A DNA stretch of 64,000 nt, taken from contig CAVTRN010000002.1 in the NCBI GenBank assembly GCA_963737155.1, forward strand, positions 2,880,001-2,944,000, given 5' to 3'. Positions 10,493-22,202 of this stretch are shown in pieces (position 1 is the stretch's first letter; each line of letters opens with the position of its first letter). Source of the DNA: Nitrospirota bacterium (GTDB lineage: Bacteria > Nitrospirota > UBA9217). The position numbers and the translations under genes are program-made. The notes below the pieces were generated by a model. It was given only the letters and a program-made list of their open reading frames with translations, ran no database searches and had not been told where the DNA came from.

Positions 10493-12244
10493 TCACGCGG
10501 CGGAAGCAATCTTCCAGATCACCTCAAAATTGCAGATGATGATATCCAGATCGCCCGAGTAATCTTTCATGATCTCGCCTTTGGCATCCAGCGCTAGTAG
10601 CAGGTCGTTTGCTTTCAAAAGCGATCCATCATATCCGGCATCCCGCAAACGGGTGATGACCTTTTTCAGGAACATTCTGCATTGTGCTTCGTCGATGATC
10701 TTTTTACGCACGGCTTTTGCAAGATCGACGGGCTTAAGCAGGACATCACCCTGCTTCGATACCCAATCATCGGGACCGTTGTAGTACCCGCGTATGGTTA
10801 TGTAGTTGTGCTCGGCGGCCAGGACCGGATTGCCATCGGGATCGACTATCTCCCGGTGGGACTGGTACTTCCGGGAGTCGGCAGATATTTCGATCTTCAG
10901 ACTGCCGGTTACGTAGATTGCCCGTACATAAGCGGTATGGATCCCCATCTCATTCAGTGTCTGCGAAATAGCGAACTCCTCGAAGGGACTATTTATGCCG
11001 TACTTTCTGATCTTTTCTATCTCCTCGACGTTATACTTCTTGCCAATGGGAATCTCGCCCACCCTTGATGTTTCCCATACCAGATGGATGTTGTCCTTCG
11101 TGACCGTGTAATACACTTCATTGTCGTCAGACAGGCTCAGGCAAGGCGTCTTCCGCCAGCGCTCCGGGAGGAAATAATCGAACAGGCGCCCGTTCCGGCC
11201 TACAACCCACATGCGGCCGCCCGTGCTTTCCGCGCGGCCAAATATGTACGGCACCCCGAGGATTTCCATATGGTTCAGGTGCGAAGGCAGGGGCGTAGGG
11301 TTGAGCCGGTCCCGCATGTCGTCAAGATAGGAATGCCGCCTCGATGCCTTGACTCGGTCTTCGTGTTCAGGTGTCCGAAATAGTAGCTCATAATCGATGA
11401 TGGAATATTTGCCTACATCCAGCAGATGATAGACCGAGTCTACTTGTTTCCGCGCCGCTTCTGCATCCCCGTTCGCACCCGCCTGTTTGATGCGCTCGCA
11501 GTCTTCCTCGTCAAGGATAACATGCTCGGGTTTCATGTCGGCCATGAGGTACCCTTTTTTGCTCAAGTCGTCGAAAGCTTTTTTCTGCATGGTCTGTAGG
11601 TGATACACAAGGTCGGGCATTTCAATTCTAATATGCTCGAAGATCTCCACAAGATTTTTACCGCAGATCCACTCGTAGATGAGTTTGTACTGCTTGAGGA
11701 TATCGATGTCGATGCCGGGATGACGGGCGCGAATGCGGTTGATCTTTGCCCGAGATCGCCCGCTCTGCCACAATTGCATTTTCTGTGGCGGAACATAAAT
11801 TGCCAGGGGCCGCTGCGCCCTTATCCATTCAAGCCGCTGGCCTACCTGTTTGTCGGCCATCTCCATAACCAGGGCGAATTCCTCCCAGGGGCTATTGAAT
11901 TCAGCGCTGACAAATTCCTCAAGTGTGTGGGTGTTGAGGGGTACATCCTCCCCTACACGGCAATTCTTGACCACCAGATCCAGGCTGGTGCCGTTCACAC
12001 GCCTCGTCGGTACGCGGTACACCGAGCTGGTCCCCAACAACCTGACTCGATGCTTCGCGAACCAGGTTTCTTCATACCAGTTTTTAATTTCGAGCTGTTC
12101 CTGATGGGGTTCGGCGAACCGTGTGAAATACAGATCGCCGCAATCCTCAGTTTTGGTGTGAAGATACACTACTCCCAAAACATTCACCAGGGCTTTATGT
12201 TGAGCTGTCTTTTGCATGTCCTTCCCGTTTCTCAGAGCAAACAT
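10493..12244 (-). CDS. Uncharacterised protein with two tandem protein-kinase-like domains
   Basis: 583-aa ORF with internal duplication (RVGE...NSP[WF]EEF twice); LVVK, DMKPEHVIL and IIDYELL motifs in domain 1. Confidence 0.7.
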   Translation of the reverse strand: MFALRNGKDMQKTAQHKALVNVLGVVYLHTKTEDCGDLYFTRFAEPHQEQLEIKNWYEETWFAKHRVRLLGTSSVYRVPTRRVNGTSLDLVVKNCRVGEDVPLNTHTLEEFVSAEFNSPWEEFALVMEMADKQVGQRLEWIRAQRPLAIYVPPQKMQLWQSGRSRAKINRIRARHPGIDIDILKQYKLIYEWICGKNLVEIFEHIRIEMPDLVYHLQTMQKKAFDDLSKKGYLMADMKPEHVILDEEDCERIKQAGANGDAEAARKQVDSVYHLLDVGKYSIIDYELLFRTPEHEDRVKASRRHSYLDDMRDRLNPTPLPSHLNHMEILGVPYIFGRAESTGGRMWVVGRNGRLFDYFLPERWRKTPCLSLSDDNEVYYTVTKDNIHLVWETSRVGEIPIGKKYNVEEIEKIRKYGINSPFEEFAISQTLNEMGIHTAYVRAIYVTGSLKIEISADSRKYQSHREIVDPDGNPVLAAEHNYITIRGYYNGPDDWVSKQGDVLLKPVDLAKAVRKKIIDEAQCRMFLKKVITRLRDAGYDGSLLKANDLLLALDAKGEIMKDYSGDLDIIICNFEVIWKIASAA

Positions 12245-12530
12245 CCGCTCGCAGAATAAAATCTATCCTCTCTGCCGGGTTTCCCGCCCCATAATTTCAC
12301 AAAGCTTACTTGTATAACAATTTTTTCTGATTCGTGCACAATCACGACCATAGCGTCTCAAACGCTATGGTCGTTTTTTGTTTGCATTCCCAGCGCATTC
12401 TGGACCCTCGCGCAAGCCGTATGTCGCTCACTAACACATAGTACGCACAGGTATGCCGGGTGTCAACATGATTTGCCAATGGAGTGAACAGGTGAGAAAC
12501 TGCTAAAAACTCATCGGGTTTTAAGGAAAC

Positions 12531-12560
12531 ATGCTCCCTTCCTTGGACGGAAGGGAGCAT
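12531..12560 (-). terminator. Hairpin downstream of pckG
   Basis: ATGCTCCCTTCC-TTGGAC-GGAAGGGAGCAT, 12-bp stem. Confidence 0.65.
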
Positions 12561-12600
12561 GATAGATATAAACGGCGCCTTTGCAGATGAAGAACGAAGT

Positions 12601-14394
12601 TCATTCCAGTCTCTTTTTAAACTCCTCAAACTGTTTCCGAAGCCTCTCCGGAATCCGGCTGCCGAACTGTGCAAAGTGCCGTTCAATATCCGGGAGTTCT
12701 GCTTTCCATGCCGCGAGATCCACGTCCATAAGTGCTTTCATGTTTGCAGCAGAAATATCAAGACCCTCGAGATCGAAATCGCCATCCTTCGGCATAAGGC
12801 CGATCGGTGTTTCCCGAGCACCGATCTTCCCATCCACGCGTTCGCACATCCACTTGAGCACCCGGCTATTCTCGCCAAACCCAGGCCACAGGAACCTACC
12901 CTCCGCGCTCTTCCGGAACCAGTTCACATAAAAAATTCTCGGGGCTTTGACGTTCAAACGCTCTCCCATACCGAACCAGTGCTGGAAATAGTCGCCCATG
13001 TGGTAACCGCAAAACGGCTTCATGGCAAAAGGATCTCGTCTCAGGTTGCCAATAGCTCCGATGTTCGCCGAAGTGGTCTCCGACGCAGCAGTCGCCCCGA
13101 GGAACACGCCGTGGTCCCAGGAATATGACTCAAAGACAAGCGGCACCACACCGCTGCGCCGGCCACCGAAGATGAAGATGTCGATCGGCACGCCCTCGGG
13201 GTTCTCCCGATCCTGGTAGATGACAGGGCACCGCGATACGGGTGCCGTGAATCGGGCGTTCGCATGCGCAGCATCCTCTTTTTTCTCAGGCGTCCAGTCG
13301 CGGCCTTTCCAGTCAATTGCATGCGCAGGCGCTTCCTCGGTCATGCCCTCCCACCAGACATCGCCATCATCGGTGAGCGCGCAATTCGTAAAAATGATGT
13401 CACCCTTCAGCGTGTCCATGGCCATGGGGTTCGTATCATAGGACGTGCCCGGTGCTACGCCGAAGAACCCGCTCTCCGGGTTGATAGCATGGAGTCTGCC
13501 ATCTCCCCGGATCTTCATCCAGGCGATGTCGTCGCCGATGCACTCGCACTTCCATCCCTTGATCGACGGCTGCATCATGGCTAGGTTTGTCTTGCCGCAG
13601 GCCGAGGGGAATGCGGCGGCAATATGATAATGCTTTCCTTCCGGGCTGGTCAGGCGGAGGATCAGCATGTGCTCTGCCATCCAGCCTTCCTTCCTCGCAA
13701 TGTTCGAGGCGATGCGGAGTGCGAGGCATTTCTTCCCAAGCAGCGCATTGCCACCGTAGCCTGACCCGTAGGACCAGATCAGATTTTCTTCCGGGAAATG
13801 GCTTATGTACTTCTGCTCGATCGGGGCGCAAGGCCACGTGGTATCCGTCTGCCCAGGGGGAAGAGGGGCTCCGATAGAATGGAGACAAGGGATGAACTCG
13901 CCGTTCGTGCCCAGCACTTCCAATATCGTCGAACCGACCCGGGTCATAATGTGCATGTTGCAGACTACATAGGGGCTATCAGTCAGTTCGACGCCGATTT
14001 TTGAGATCGGAGACCCAATGGGTCCCATGGAGAATGGGATCACATACATCGTACGACCTTTCATGCAACCTTGGTACAAGCCACGCATGGTCTTCTTCAG
14101 TTCATCGGTATGGACCCAATTGTTCGTGGGGCCAGCCTCTTCCTGGGAATGGGTGCTAATGTAGGTGCGGTCTTCCACGCGGGCCACATCGCTAGGATCG
14201 GTGCGGAAGAGAAAGCTGTCGGGCCGCTTTTTGACCGGGATAGCCATACCGTGTTCCCGCATGAGCGACATTGTCCGATCGTACTCCTGCCGCGAACCGT
14301 CGCACCAGTACACTTTGTCAGGTCGGCACATCTCAACAACTTCATTCACCCATTTATTTAACTTCTCGTTCTGTGGTCTGCTTTTCATTGCCAA
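12601..14394 (-). CDS. pckG: Phosphoenolpyruvate carboxykinase (GTP)
   Basis: [40 protein letters not shown] and VNWFRK motifs. Confidence 0.96.
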   Translation of the reverse strand: MAMKSRPQNEKLNKWVNEVVEMCRPDKVYWCDGSRQEYDRTMSLMREHGMAIPVKKRPDSFLFRTDPSDVARVEDRTYISTHSQEEAGPTNNWVHTDELKKTMRGLYQGCMKGRTMYVIPFSMGPIGSPISKIGVELTDSPYVVCNMHIMTRVGSTILEVLGTNGEFIPCLHSIGAPLPPGQTDTTWPCAPIEQKYISHFPEENLIWSYGSGYGGNALLGKKCLALRIASNIARKEGWMAEHMLILRLTSPEGKHYHIAAAFPSACGKTNLAMMQPSIKGWKCECIGDDIAWMKIRGDGRLHAINPESGFFGVAPGTSYDTNPMAMDTLKGDIIFTNCALTDDGDVWWEGMTEEAPAHAIDWKGRDWTPEKKEDAAHANARFTAPVSRCPVIYQDRENPEGVPIDIFIFGGRRSGVVPLVFESYSWDHGVFLGATAASETTSANIGAIGNLRRDPFAMKPFCGYHMGDYFQHWFGMGERLNVKAPRIFYVNWFRKSAEGRFLWPGFGENSRVLKWMCERVDGKIGARETPIGLMPKDGDFDLEGLDISAANMKALMDVDLAAWKAELPDIERHFAQFGSRIPERLRKQFEEFKKRLE

Positions 14395-14568
14395 ATCTCC
14401 TTGGTCCCCTCTCCGCCTTCACCACGTTCCGCATAAGCACTCAATCACCTGATCCTGGTGAGGACGATGAACCTGTATCCTGTCTCATTGCACTAAGCGG
14501 CTAGATGTTTTCTCCCCGGCGAAGTGATCACATAATCAGCCGGGAAAATTAAAGAGACAACGATTGAT

Positions 14569-14599
14569 AAAAAAAGCCCCGTGCCAAGCACGGGGCTTT
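14569..14599 (-). terminator. Rho-independent terminator
   Basis: AAAGCCCCGTGC-CAA-GCACGGGGCTTT with an A-run on + (U-tract on -), after the gene at 14628..15383. Confidence 0.8.
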
Positions 14600-14627
14600 C
14601 ACTTCACTTTTTCATGGAACCTTCAAA

Positions 14628-15383
14628 TCACTTTTGGACGCTTGCCTGTTCCATGATAACTCCGAATTTATATCCGGCGCCAAAATCCTTGTCTTTGTAA
14701 ACCGTACCCTTGACCGTTACAACCTCTCCTACTTCCGGAGAATCCTGGGAAGTTGCGATGATATCGTTCGTCCCCTCCGATTTATTGCCCGTCCCGTCCT
14801 CGAGGTGTATCCAGTTTTTACCCATAATCCCTGATGATACTTTCACAACCTTGCCCCGGATGATGACCTGTTTTTCGCTCAAGGATGCCTTCTTTTCGTA
14901 AATTTCTGCTACCGTGTAGGCATCCTTGCCTTTAGCCTTTGCCACACTTATCTTTTGGCCGCTCGATGCAGCGGAACCGCCATGGATTGCCTGCGAACTT
15001 TTTTTCTCGTTGTCTGTTGATGCGTTCAGGGGACCACCGGAGAAATAAATGCTCTTGAATGTCCGATTGAGCGATTTACTGGTGAAATCCGTCATTTCCC
15101 CACCAGGTTGAAACGCTATTTCCTGCCCAACAGTCACCTTTGTTTGCGGAACAGCAACCCAAGTTTTTACGCCCTTCTTTTCAATGCAGACATAGGTATA
15201 TCCGCCTGCGTTCATCGTTTCAACTACTTTTCCCGAGAGAACTACCAGGCCATCGTCCCTTCCGCTACTATCGCTTTGCGACGCTGGTGCGGATGTTTCC
15301 GTTGCACTCACAGCACTGGCGGAAAAGAGTAATATTATCGCAAGAATTGAAAAAACTGCTGAAGCATAAGACCCTCGTTTCAT
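14628..15383 (-). CDS. Exported tandem OB-fold protein (NrfJ-like)
   Basis: Signal peptide; VVETMNAGGYTY..WVAVP and GKVVKV..GIMGKNWIHL.DG motifs. Confidence 0.7.
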   Translation of the reverse strand: MKRGSYASAVFSILAIILLFSASAVSATETSAPASQSDSSGRDDGLVVLSGKVVETMNAGGYTYVCIEKKGVKTWVAVPQTKVTVGQEIAFQPGGEMTDFTSKSLNRTFKSIYFSGGPLNASTDNEKKSSQAIHGGSAASSGQKISVAKAKGKDAYTVAEIYEKKASLSEKQVIIRGKVVKVSSGIMGKNWIHLEDGTGNKSEGTNDIIATSQDSPEVGEVVTVKGTVYKDKDFGAGYKFGVIMEQASVQK

Positions 15384-15566
15384 TTTTGTTCTCCTCTATT
15401 GGATTATCCTGCAAGACAATAATTAATTATGGAACTAGCACCGAAATCGCGCCCCTACTGCAGAGAACCGGGACGATATCCGATGCTGACCCCAAAATTT
15501 TACAGCTTTTATGTAATTATAGCAAGCCTTTTTTGCGAATATCCCAGGATAAAACTAAAGGGAGGA

Positions 15567-16697
15567 TCATGATGATTTATAAAACAAATCATGTTTTACT
15601 CCGCGGCTGATGAGATAACTGATGACCTCGGCGGGTTTGAAATAGATCCGGAGCTTCCATGCGTTTTTCTTGGTTTTGCTGAAAACACGCTCATCGAGCG
15701 AATCAATGAAACGCAGCATCTCGTCGCACTCTTCATCGGTAAAATCATAGGGACCCGTCTTTGCCCCTGCAGCAAGGGAGCCCCTTCCCGAGATACGATC
15801 GACCACACTCCGGACGGCCGCGAAATACCCCTCTCCCTCGGGGAGATTGAAAAACCTCGGGACATTCAAGAGGTGGTTCGTGAGTTCCCGCGCTTCGGGA
15901 AGGTCTCCGACATGTTCGAGTGTAATGCCGAGTTTCTCCGTGCACAGCGTGATTAGATTTTTGACGAGAACATGGGTCCGGCCCTCGGGTGCCCTGTTGA
16001 TGATGAGGGCGGGCGAGAAGGAAGCTTCGATTTCATCGATAAGCGGCAGCAAGTCGGGTGCGACATTGGGGAGCGTCTTCCGGAACCACTCTAGCGTAAA
16101 CCGTTTTTCGCCTCCCGCGTTTTTTGCCTCGACTTCAAGAAGCGCGGCAACATCTGCATTATTCTTGAAGATATTCTGCATTTTCCGAAACAGGGCGCCT
16201 TTCACAAAACTATAGGCATTCATCACCGCCCCCGGCTCCGGAGCCGTAATCACCACGCCGCGGTCGGAAATGCCGAAGAAATCGAGGGTATTGAAATGCA
16301 CACCCGCACCAAGATCGATTATGATATAATCCGCCGGCACCGCCCGCAGATGTCGCATCAGTTTCAGTTTCATCCAGTGCGCAGGGCTGGTTATGCCCGG
16401 GACAAACTCAGCGCCACTGATCAGCCCGAGGTTCCGCTCCGGCGTCTCTACAATGAGGCTTTCAAGCGAAGATGCTTTATTAATAATGAAGTCGGCAATT
16501 GTTGGAGTCTGGCCCCGGATGCCGAGATAGGTATGCAGGTTTGCCGCTCCGAGGTCAAGGTCCGCGAGAACTACGCTTTTGCCACTCCGGGCAAGGACCG
16601 TTCCAAGGCCGATCGACAGAATGCTCTTCCCTACCCCGCCCTTACCTCCGCCTACGGCAATTATGGTCCCCGTTTTCCGACTCCTTTGCACGAACAC
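15567..16697 (-). CDS. MinD/ParA/FlhG-family P-loop ATPase with C-terminal extension
   Basis: Deviant Walker A GGKGGVGKS, DLDLGAANL, IDLGAG. Confidence 0.85.
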   Translation of the reverse strand: MFVQRSRKTGTIIAVGGGKGGVGKSILSIGLGTVLARSGKSVVLADLDLGAANLHTYLGIRGQTPTIADFIINKASSLESLIVETPERNLGLISGAEFVPGITSPAHWMKLKLMRHLRAVPADYIIIDLGAGVHFNTLDFFGISDRGVVITAPEPGAVMNAYSFVKGALFRKMQNIFKNNADVAALLEVEAKNAGGEKRFTLEWFRKTLPNVAPDLLPLIDEIEASFSPALIINRAPEGRTHVLVKNLITLCTEKLGITLEHVGDLPEARELTNHLLNVPRFFNLPEGEGYFAAVRSVVDRISGRGSLAAGAKTGPYDFTDEECDEMLRFIDSLDERVFSKTKKNAWKLRIYFKPAEVISYLISRGVKHDLFYKSS

Positions 16698-16874
16698 ACT
16701 GTATCAGGTTTTCGAGAAACTGTAAAGATGGAGGGTCGTCTTGAATAAGATCGGGAGAGACGGAGAATATAGCAATACGAATTGAAGCAGGGGCTCACTC
16801 ACCTCACCAAAAACCCCTCACAGGATACATCACCAAATCCTTCTGCTGGAATGAAACAAAAAAACTAGCTACCC

Positions 16875-17141
16875 CTACAGAACGCATTTCTGCTTCACTA
16901 GCTCCTTTGACCTCCCCAAGCCTTGCAGCAATTCCCGCAGGTTTTCGATCTGTCGCGCATCCTCAAGTGGATTCTTCCCGTGCAATTGTTCCGCAACCAA
17001 CAGGAGCGCCTCAATATTTCTACTCCACGCTGCAAGCAGTTTTTCCATGCTGCTGCAATATGCCTCAAGATCCATATGCGCTGCCTCTCTCATCACAATA
17101 CCCTCCTCTCCACAACTGCCTTCCCCTGCCAAACAGCCCAA
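16875..17141 (-). CDS. Small hypothetical helical protein
   Basis: Co-oriented ORF between the SRPBCC and ATPase genes; start uncertain. Confidence 0.5.
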   Translation of the reverse strand: MGCLAGEGSCGEEGIVMREAAHMDLEAYCSSMEKLLAAWSRNIEALLLVAEQLHGKNPLEDARQIENLRELLQGLGRSKELVKQKCVL

Positions 17142-17173
17142 CGTTGCGCACTATCTGTGAGAGGGATGGCGAT

Positions 17174-17596
17174 TTACGCTGCCCGTTTGGACGATTTCTT
17201 CGCATCGCCCAGCAGATATTCCCGCCAAGGTTTCCAGTAGTATTTCGTCCATCCCTCTTTCACGCCTTCATAGTCGCTGTCAGCCACGTTGACGTGGACC
17301 AAGTCTATCCTGCCAGCGTTGCCTTCAGGTCGAAATGTCAGAATGAGGATGGAGTCGATGTCCTCCTTTTTCCAGTGGCTGCCGCGCCAGGACTGGACTA
17401 TCATGTGTTTCGGCACCACATGAAGCATTTTCCCCAAGATCATTCCGTTAAAAGCCCTGAACCTCGAACCCTCTTTTGAGCTTATAGATACCGGTCCGCC
17501 CGTAATGGTTGCATGTTTTTTCGCGCTAAGGTACATCTCAAACAGTTTCTCCGCTGGCGCCGGAAGCGTTACAGTCTGTTCAATTGTTTTTGGCAT
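17174..17596 (-). CDS. SRPBCC/AHSA1-domain protein
   Basis: IVQSWR..W, GWTKYYW AHSA1-type motifs; GGAGG RBS before MPKTIEQ. Confidence 0.85.
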   Translation of the reverse strand: MPKTIEQTVTLPAPAEKLFEMYLSAKKHATITGGPVSISSKEGSRFRAFNGMILGKMLHVVPKHMIVQSWRGSHWKKEDIDSILILTFRPEGNAGRIDLVHVNVADSDYEGVKEGWTKYYWKPWREYLLGDAKKSSKRAA

Positions 17597-17642
17597 CTCG
17601 TTCCTCCTTTCAATAAAAAACCGCCCCCTCCGAATTCTCCAT

Positions 17643-17722
17643 CCTTCGACTGCCCAGCTGTCCTCCGTTAAGATCCATTGCTTTCCGTCCCCTCCTCGCG
17701 AAGGGTTTGGCATTTTCGCGAT
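17643..17722 (-). ncRNA. c-di-GMP-I (GEMM-I) riboswitch
   Basis: Minus strand AAAUGCCAAACCCUUC-GCGA-GGAGGGGACGGAAAGCAAUGGAUCU...GACAGCUGGGCAGUCGA matches GEMM architecture (AAACC, GNRA loop, GACGGAAAGC, GAUAGC-like P3); lies in a 5' UTR below a promoter. Confidence 0.82.
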
Positions 17723-17740
17723 AATTCTAATTCTGATTTA

Positions 17741-17769
17741 ACAGTAACACCACCCCATCCGACTGTCAA
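17741..17769 (-). promoter_or_regulatory. Putative sigma70 promoter for the riboswitch/SRPBCC transcript
   Basis: TTGACA-17 bp-TACTGT about 20 nt upstream of the aptamer. Confidence 0.6.
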
Positions 17770-18363
17770 GAAACCGCTCCGGTTTATGCGGGACTTCTGA
17801 ACCTCCTGCCGTTATCTCCAGGCTTCGAGTATTGCCCCAATGACCCGGAAACCCGCCAAGTGATGGCTGGCCCGTATTAGAAAAAGATCTTAGATGAGGC
17901 TCTGGTGCTTGCCGCTAAACAGCGCATCTCTGAGTGCAAATGGATATTAGAAGCCCATCCAGACCCAAAAGGCGATATTTAACCCGCCTCTTGCACTCTC
18001 GACGCTCAGCCGCCTGTCATACCGATCAAAATATACACTCCGACAAACGTGCCAATGAACATGACAAGCTAATAAATTCGGGAATCTTTGCGCATCTGGT
18101 CGAGCGTCACCTTATCAAGCATGTCGACGCCGATAATCTTGAACCACGCTTTTCCAAACAGCAGGGGAAAATCCCAGACAGCACCAACAGCTATGGCGGC
18201 TATTGCGGCGAAACAGCACCATAATTGATTGGAATCAGCACAACCATCACCCCCCTTCCAGGGGGCAACCCAATGCTGCTCATTCCTACGCTATAACTCA
18301 ACCTTATCTGAAGATTATCGTTGTCAAGAGACCCCTGCCGATCCCCTTGCAGACATTATTCAA

Positions 18364-18393
18364 TTGACAAAGCAACACCATAAGTGGTATAAA
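18364..18393 (+). promoter_or_regulatory. Putative typA promoter
   Basis: TTGACA-18 bp-TATAAA with extended -10 TG. Confidence 0.5.
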
Positions 18394-18484
18394 ACCCAGC
18401 TTTGCACAATAACTGTGTATGGTGTGGAAAGAGAAGGAACTTAGTTCTGATACTTCTCAGCCCCAGCAATATGAGGATGCTGTC

Positions 18485-20305
<1,821 letters not shown>

Positions 20306-20499
20306 GTATCCCTCTTTATCCTCGCAGGAACATAAATCCGGTGGCCATCCTTCCGGGCTTTTGGCGGCTTGAACGATCTGACGAAATAAAAGACAGGAAA
20401 GCCGTTACCGTCCATCGGTGTCCACTATTGTTTGCACTCAACGGTCCTGCCTTATTTCATACTGTTGGCAAGGCGTTATCTACGGGCCACTTGCCGCCG

Positions 20500-20681
20500 G
20501 GCTTGATCATGAGCTCCAACATGTAGAAGTCTTTCAAGAACCCCAAACTGGCTCACAGTCAGTTTGGGGGGGCGAAATAGGCTTCCACCCGGCTGGTAAC
20601 CGATCCAGCGGCCCTCACCAGCTTGATAAACGCATTCAGCGCCCGTATTTCCTCTCCTGAACCTTTATACCGGGTTCCCAT
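20500..20681 (-). pseudogene. MarR-family regulator remnant
   Basis: Manual translation MGTRYKGSGEEIRALNAFIKLVRAAGSV..., frameshift in a C7 run, then KLTVSQFGVLERLLHVG; HTH/wing missing; left boundary approximate. Confidence 0.7.
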
Positions 20682-20805
20682 AATAATTTAATCCTTAATA
20701 TTTTAGCCTCCTCCGCTGAATCTGTGGATATTTTTTAGATTACGATTCCGTATTTGTTCTGTAATTACGCGTGATTGCAAGTTCTCATCACTAGCGAATA
20801 GGCTA

Positions 20806-21915
20806 TACATAGCGCAATAAGTAATTGCGTATTAATAAAAAATATGATATCCTGTATTCATGAAACCATTGACCATTACCGATGCATCAACCATTGTTCT
20901 TGGATTACAGGATGAAATCCGTCGCTCGGAAGAGTCACGATACGACCACCGACTACATGGCGTATTGCTAGTCGCCCAGGGAATGAGCTGTCCGGAAGTT
21001 AGCCATCTCCTGGGTGACTCGCCTCGAACTGTGGAATATTGGGTCCGACGCTTTGAAGACAGAGGACTGGCTGGCTTGGTAGAAGGAGAACGATCTGGCC
21101 GCCCCCGACGCTTGAACGATAAGCAGTTGGAGGAAATCAACACGGTACTGCGGCAACCGCCAGAGTCTGTAGGAATAGCCAGTGGCCTCTGGGATGGCAA
21201 AGGGCTGGCCGCCTTCATTAAGAAGCGGTATCGAATAACATTAGGGGTTCGGCAGTGCCAATACATGTTTAAATCCTTTGGTTTTCGTCGGCGTAAACCG
21301 CGTCCTCTGATTGCTCGGGCCGATCCCGAACGTCAGGAAGAATATAAAAAAACTCAGAAGGCTCGTAGCCGATAATAAAATCGATCTGTGGTCGACTGAT
21401 GAAGTTCATTTTCAGCAATATGGATCACGCTGTCTGATGTGGGTACCTCCCGAACAGAAGGACCCTGTATTGTTGCACCATCCCACTCGCAAGAGCGTGG
21501 GTTATTTTGGAGCTATCCGTCTGCGTGACGGGAAATTGGCTTTTCAGAGAGAGGAGAAAAAGTTTAACGCCGTGACGTTCCATACATTTCTCAAACATCT
21601 CCGGAGGATAAGTTCCCGAAGCGGTCGTCGCGTCGTTGTCATAACAGATAATGCCAAATACCATCATGCCAAGCTCCATGCAGATTGGCGAAGCCAACAT
21701 GAGCCTCAATTCATGTTGGATTTTCTGCCTCCTTACAGCCCTGATCTAAACCCTATTGAGCGGTTATGGAAATTAACACGAAGGCTCTGTTTGCATAACC
21801 GATACTTCCCGACGCTTGAGGATGTTGTACGGTCAGTGGAATCAAGATTCAGGGTGTGGACATCGGGCAACGATATTGTCCGTAAATTATGCGCAATTAA
21901 TTAGTGCGCTGTGTA
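20806..21915 (+). mobile_element. IS630-family insertion sequence
   Basis: TIRs TACATAGCGCAATAAGTAATTGCG / CGCAATTAATTAGTGCGCTGTGTA, TA duplication on both sides, 1110 bp. Confidence 0.92.
20860..21904 (+). CDS. IS630 transposase (two ORFs joined by probable -1 frameshift)
   Basis: ORF A (20860..21375) HTH; ORF B (21311..21904) DDE motifs TDE, DNAKYH, LPPYSPDLNPIE; A7 run TATAAAAAAAC in the overlap. Confidence 0.92.
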
Positions 21916-22202
21916 TAATAAATGTCACAGTGAGATTTATCACCTGCGTTGTAAGCAACGATGAATAAAGACAGCAATGGCAAATGTGACGTCAATGCAA
22001 CTATAAATTAGCATAATGGTTATGCCGGAATGCGAGACTTTTCCTTAAATGCTGATTTTTTATCCACAGATTCTGCTGAGGAGCCATATTTTAATGTTAA
22101 ACTAATTAAACTGCGGGAAATAACATATCAAAGCAGAGAGTTTTGACGAGAGAACAATGGTCGAAGGGGTTGTCGTCAATGGAGCAAATACGTTGGGACT
22201 CG

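Larger units (their letters stand above)
20706..22085. mobile_element. MITE (about 270 bp) interrupted by IS630
   Basis: 25-bp TIRs GCCTCCTCCGCTGAATCTGTGGATA / TATCCACAGATTCTGCTGAGGAGCC and 8-bp target duplication ATATTTTA (20698-20705, 22086-22093); homologous uninterrupted copy at 45631-45883. Confidence 0.85.

Noticed and set aside
17597-17713. 39-aa N-terminal extension of the SRPBCC ORF
   Set aside because: It overlaps the riboswitch; a strong RBS supports the start at 17596
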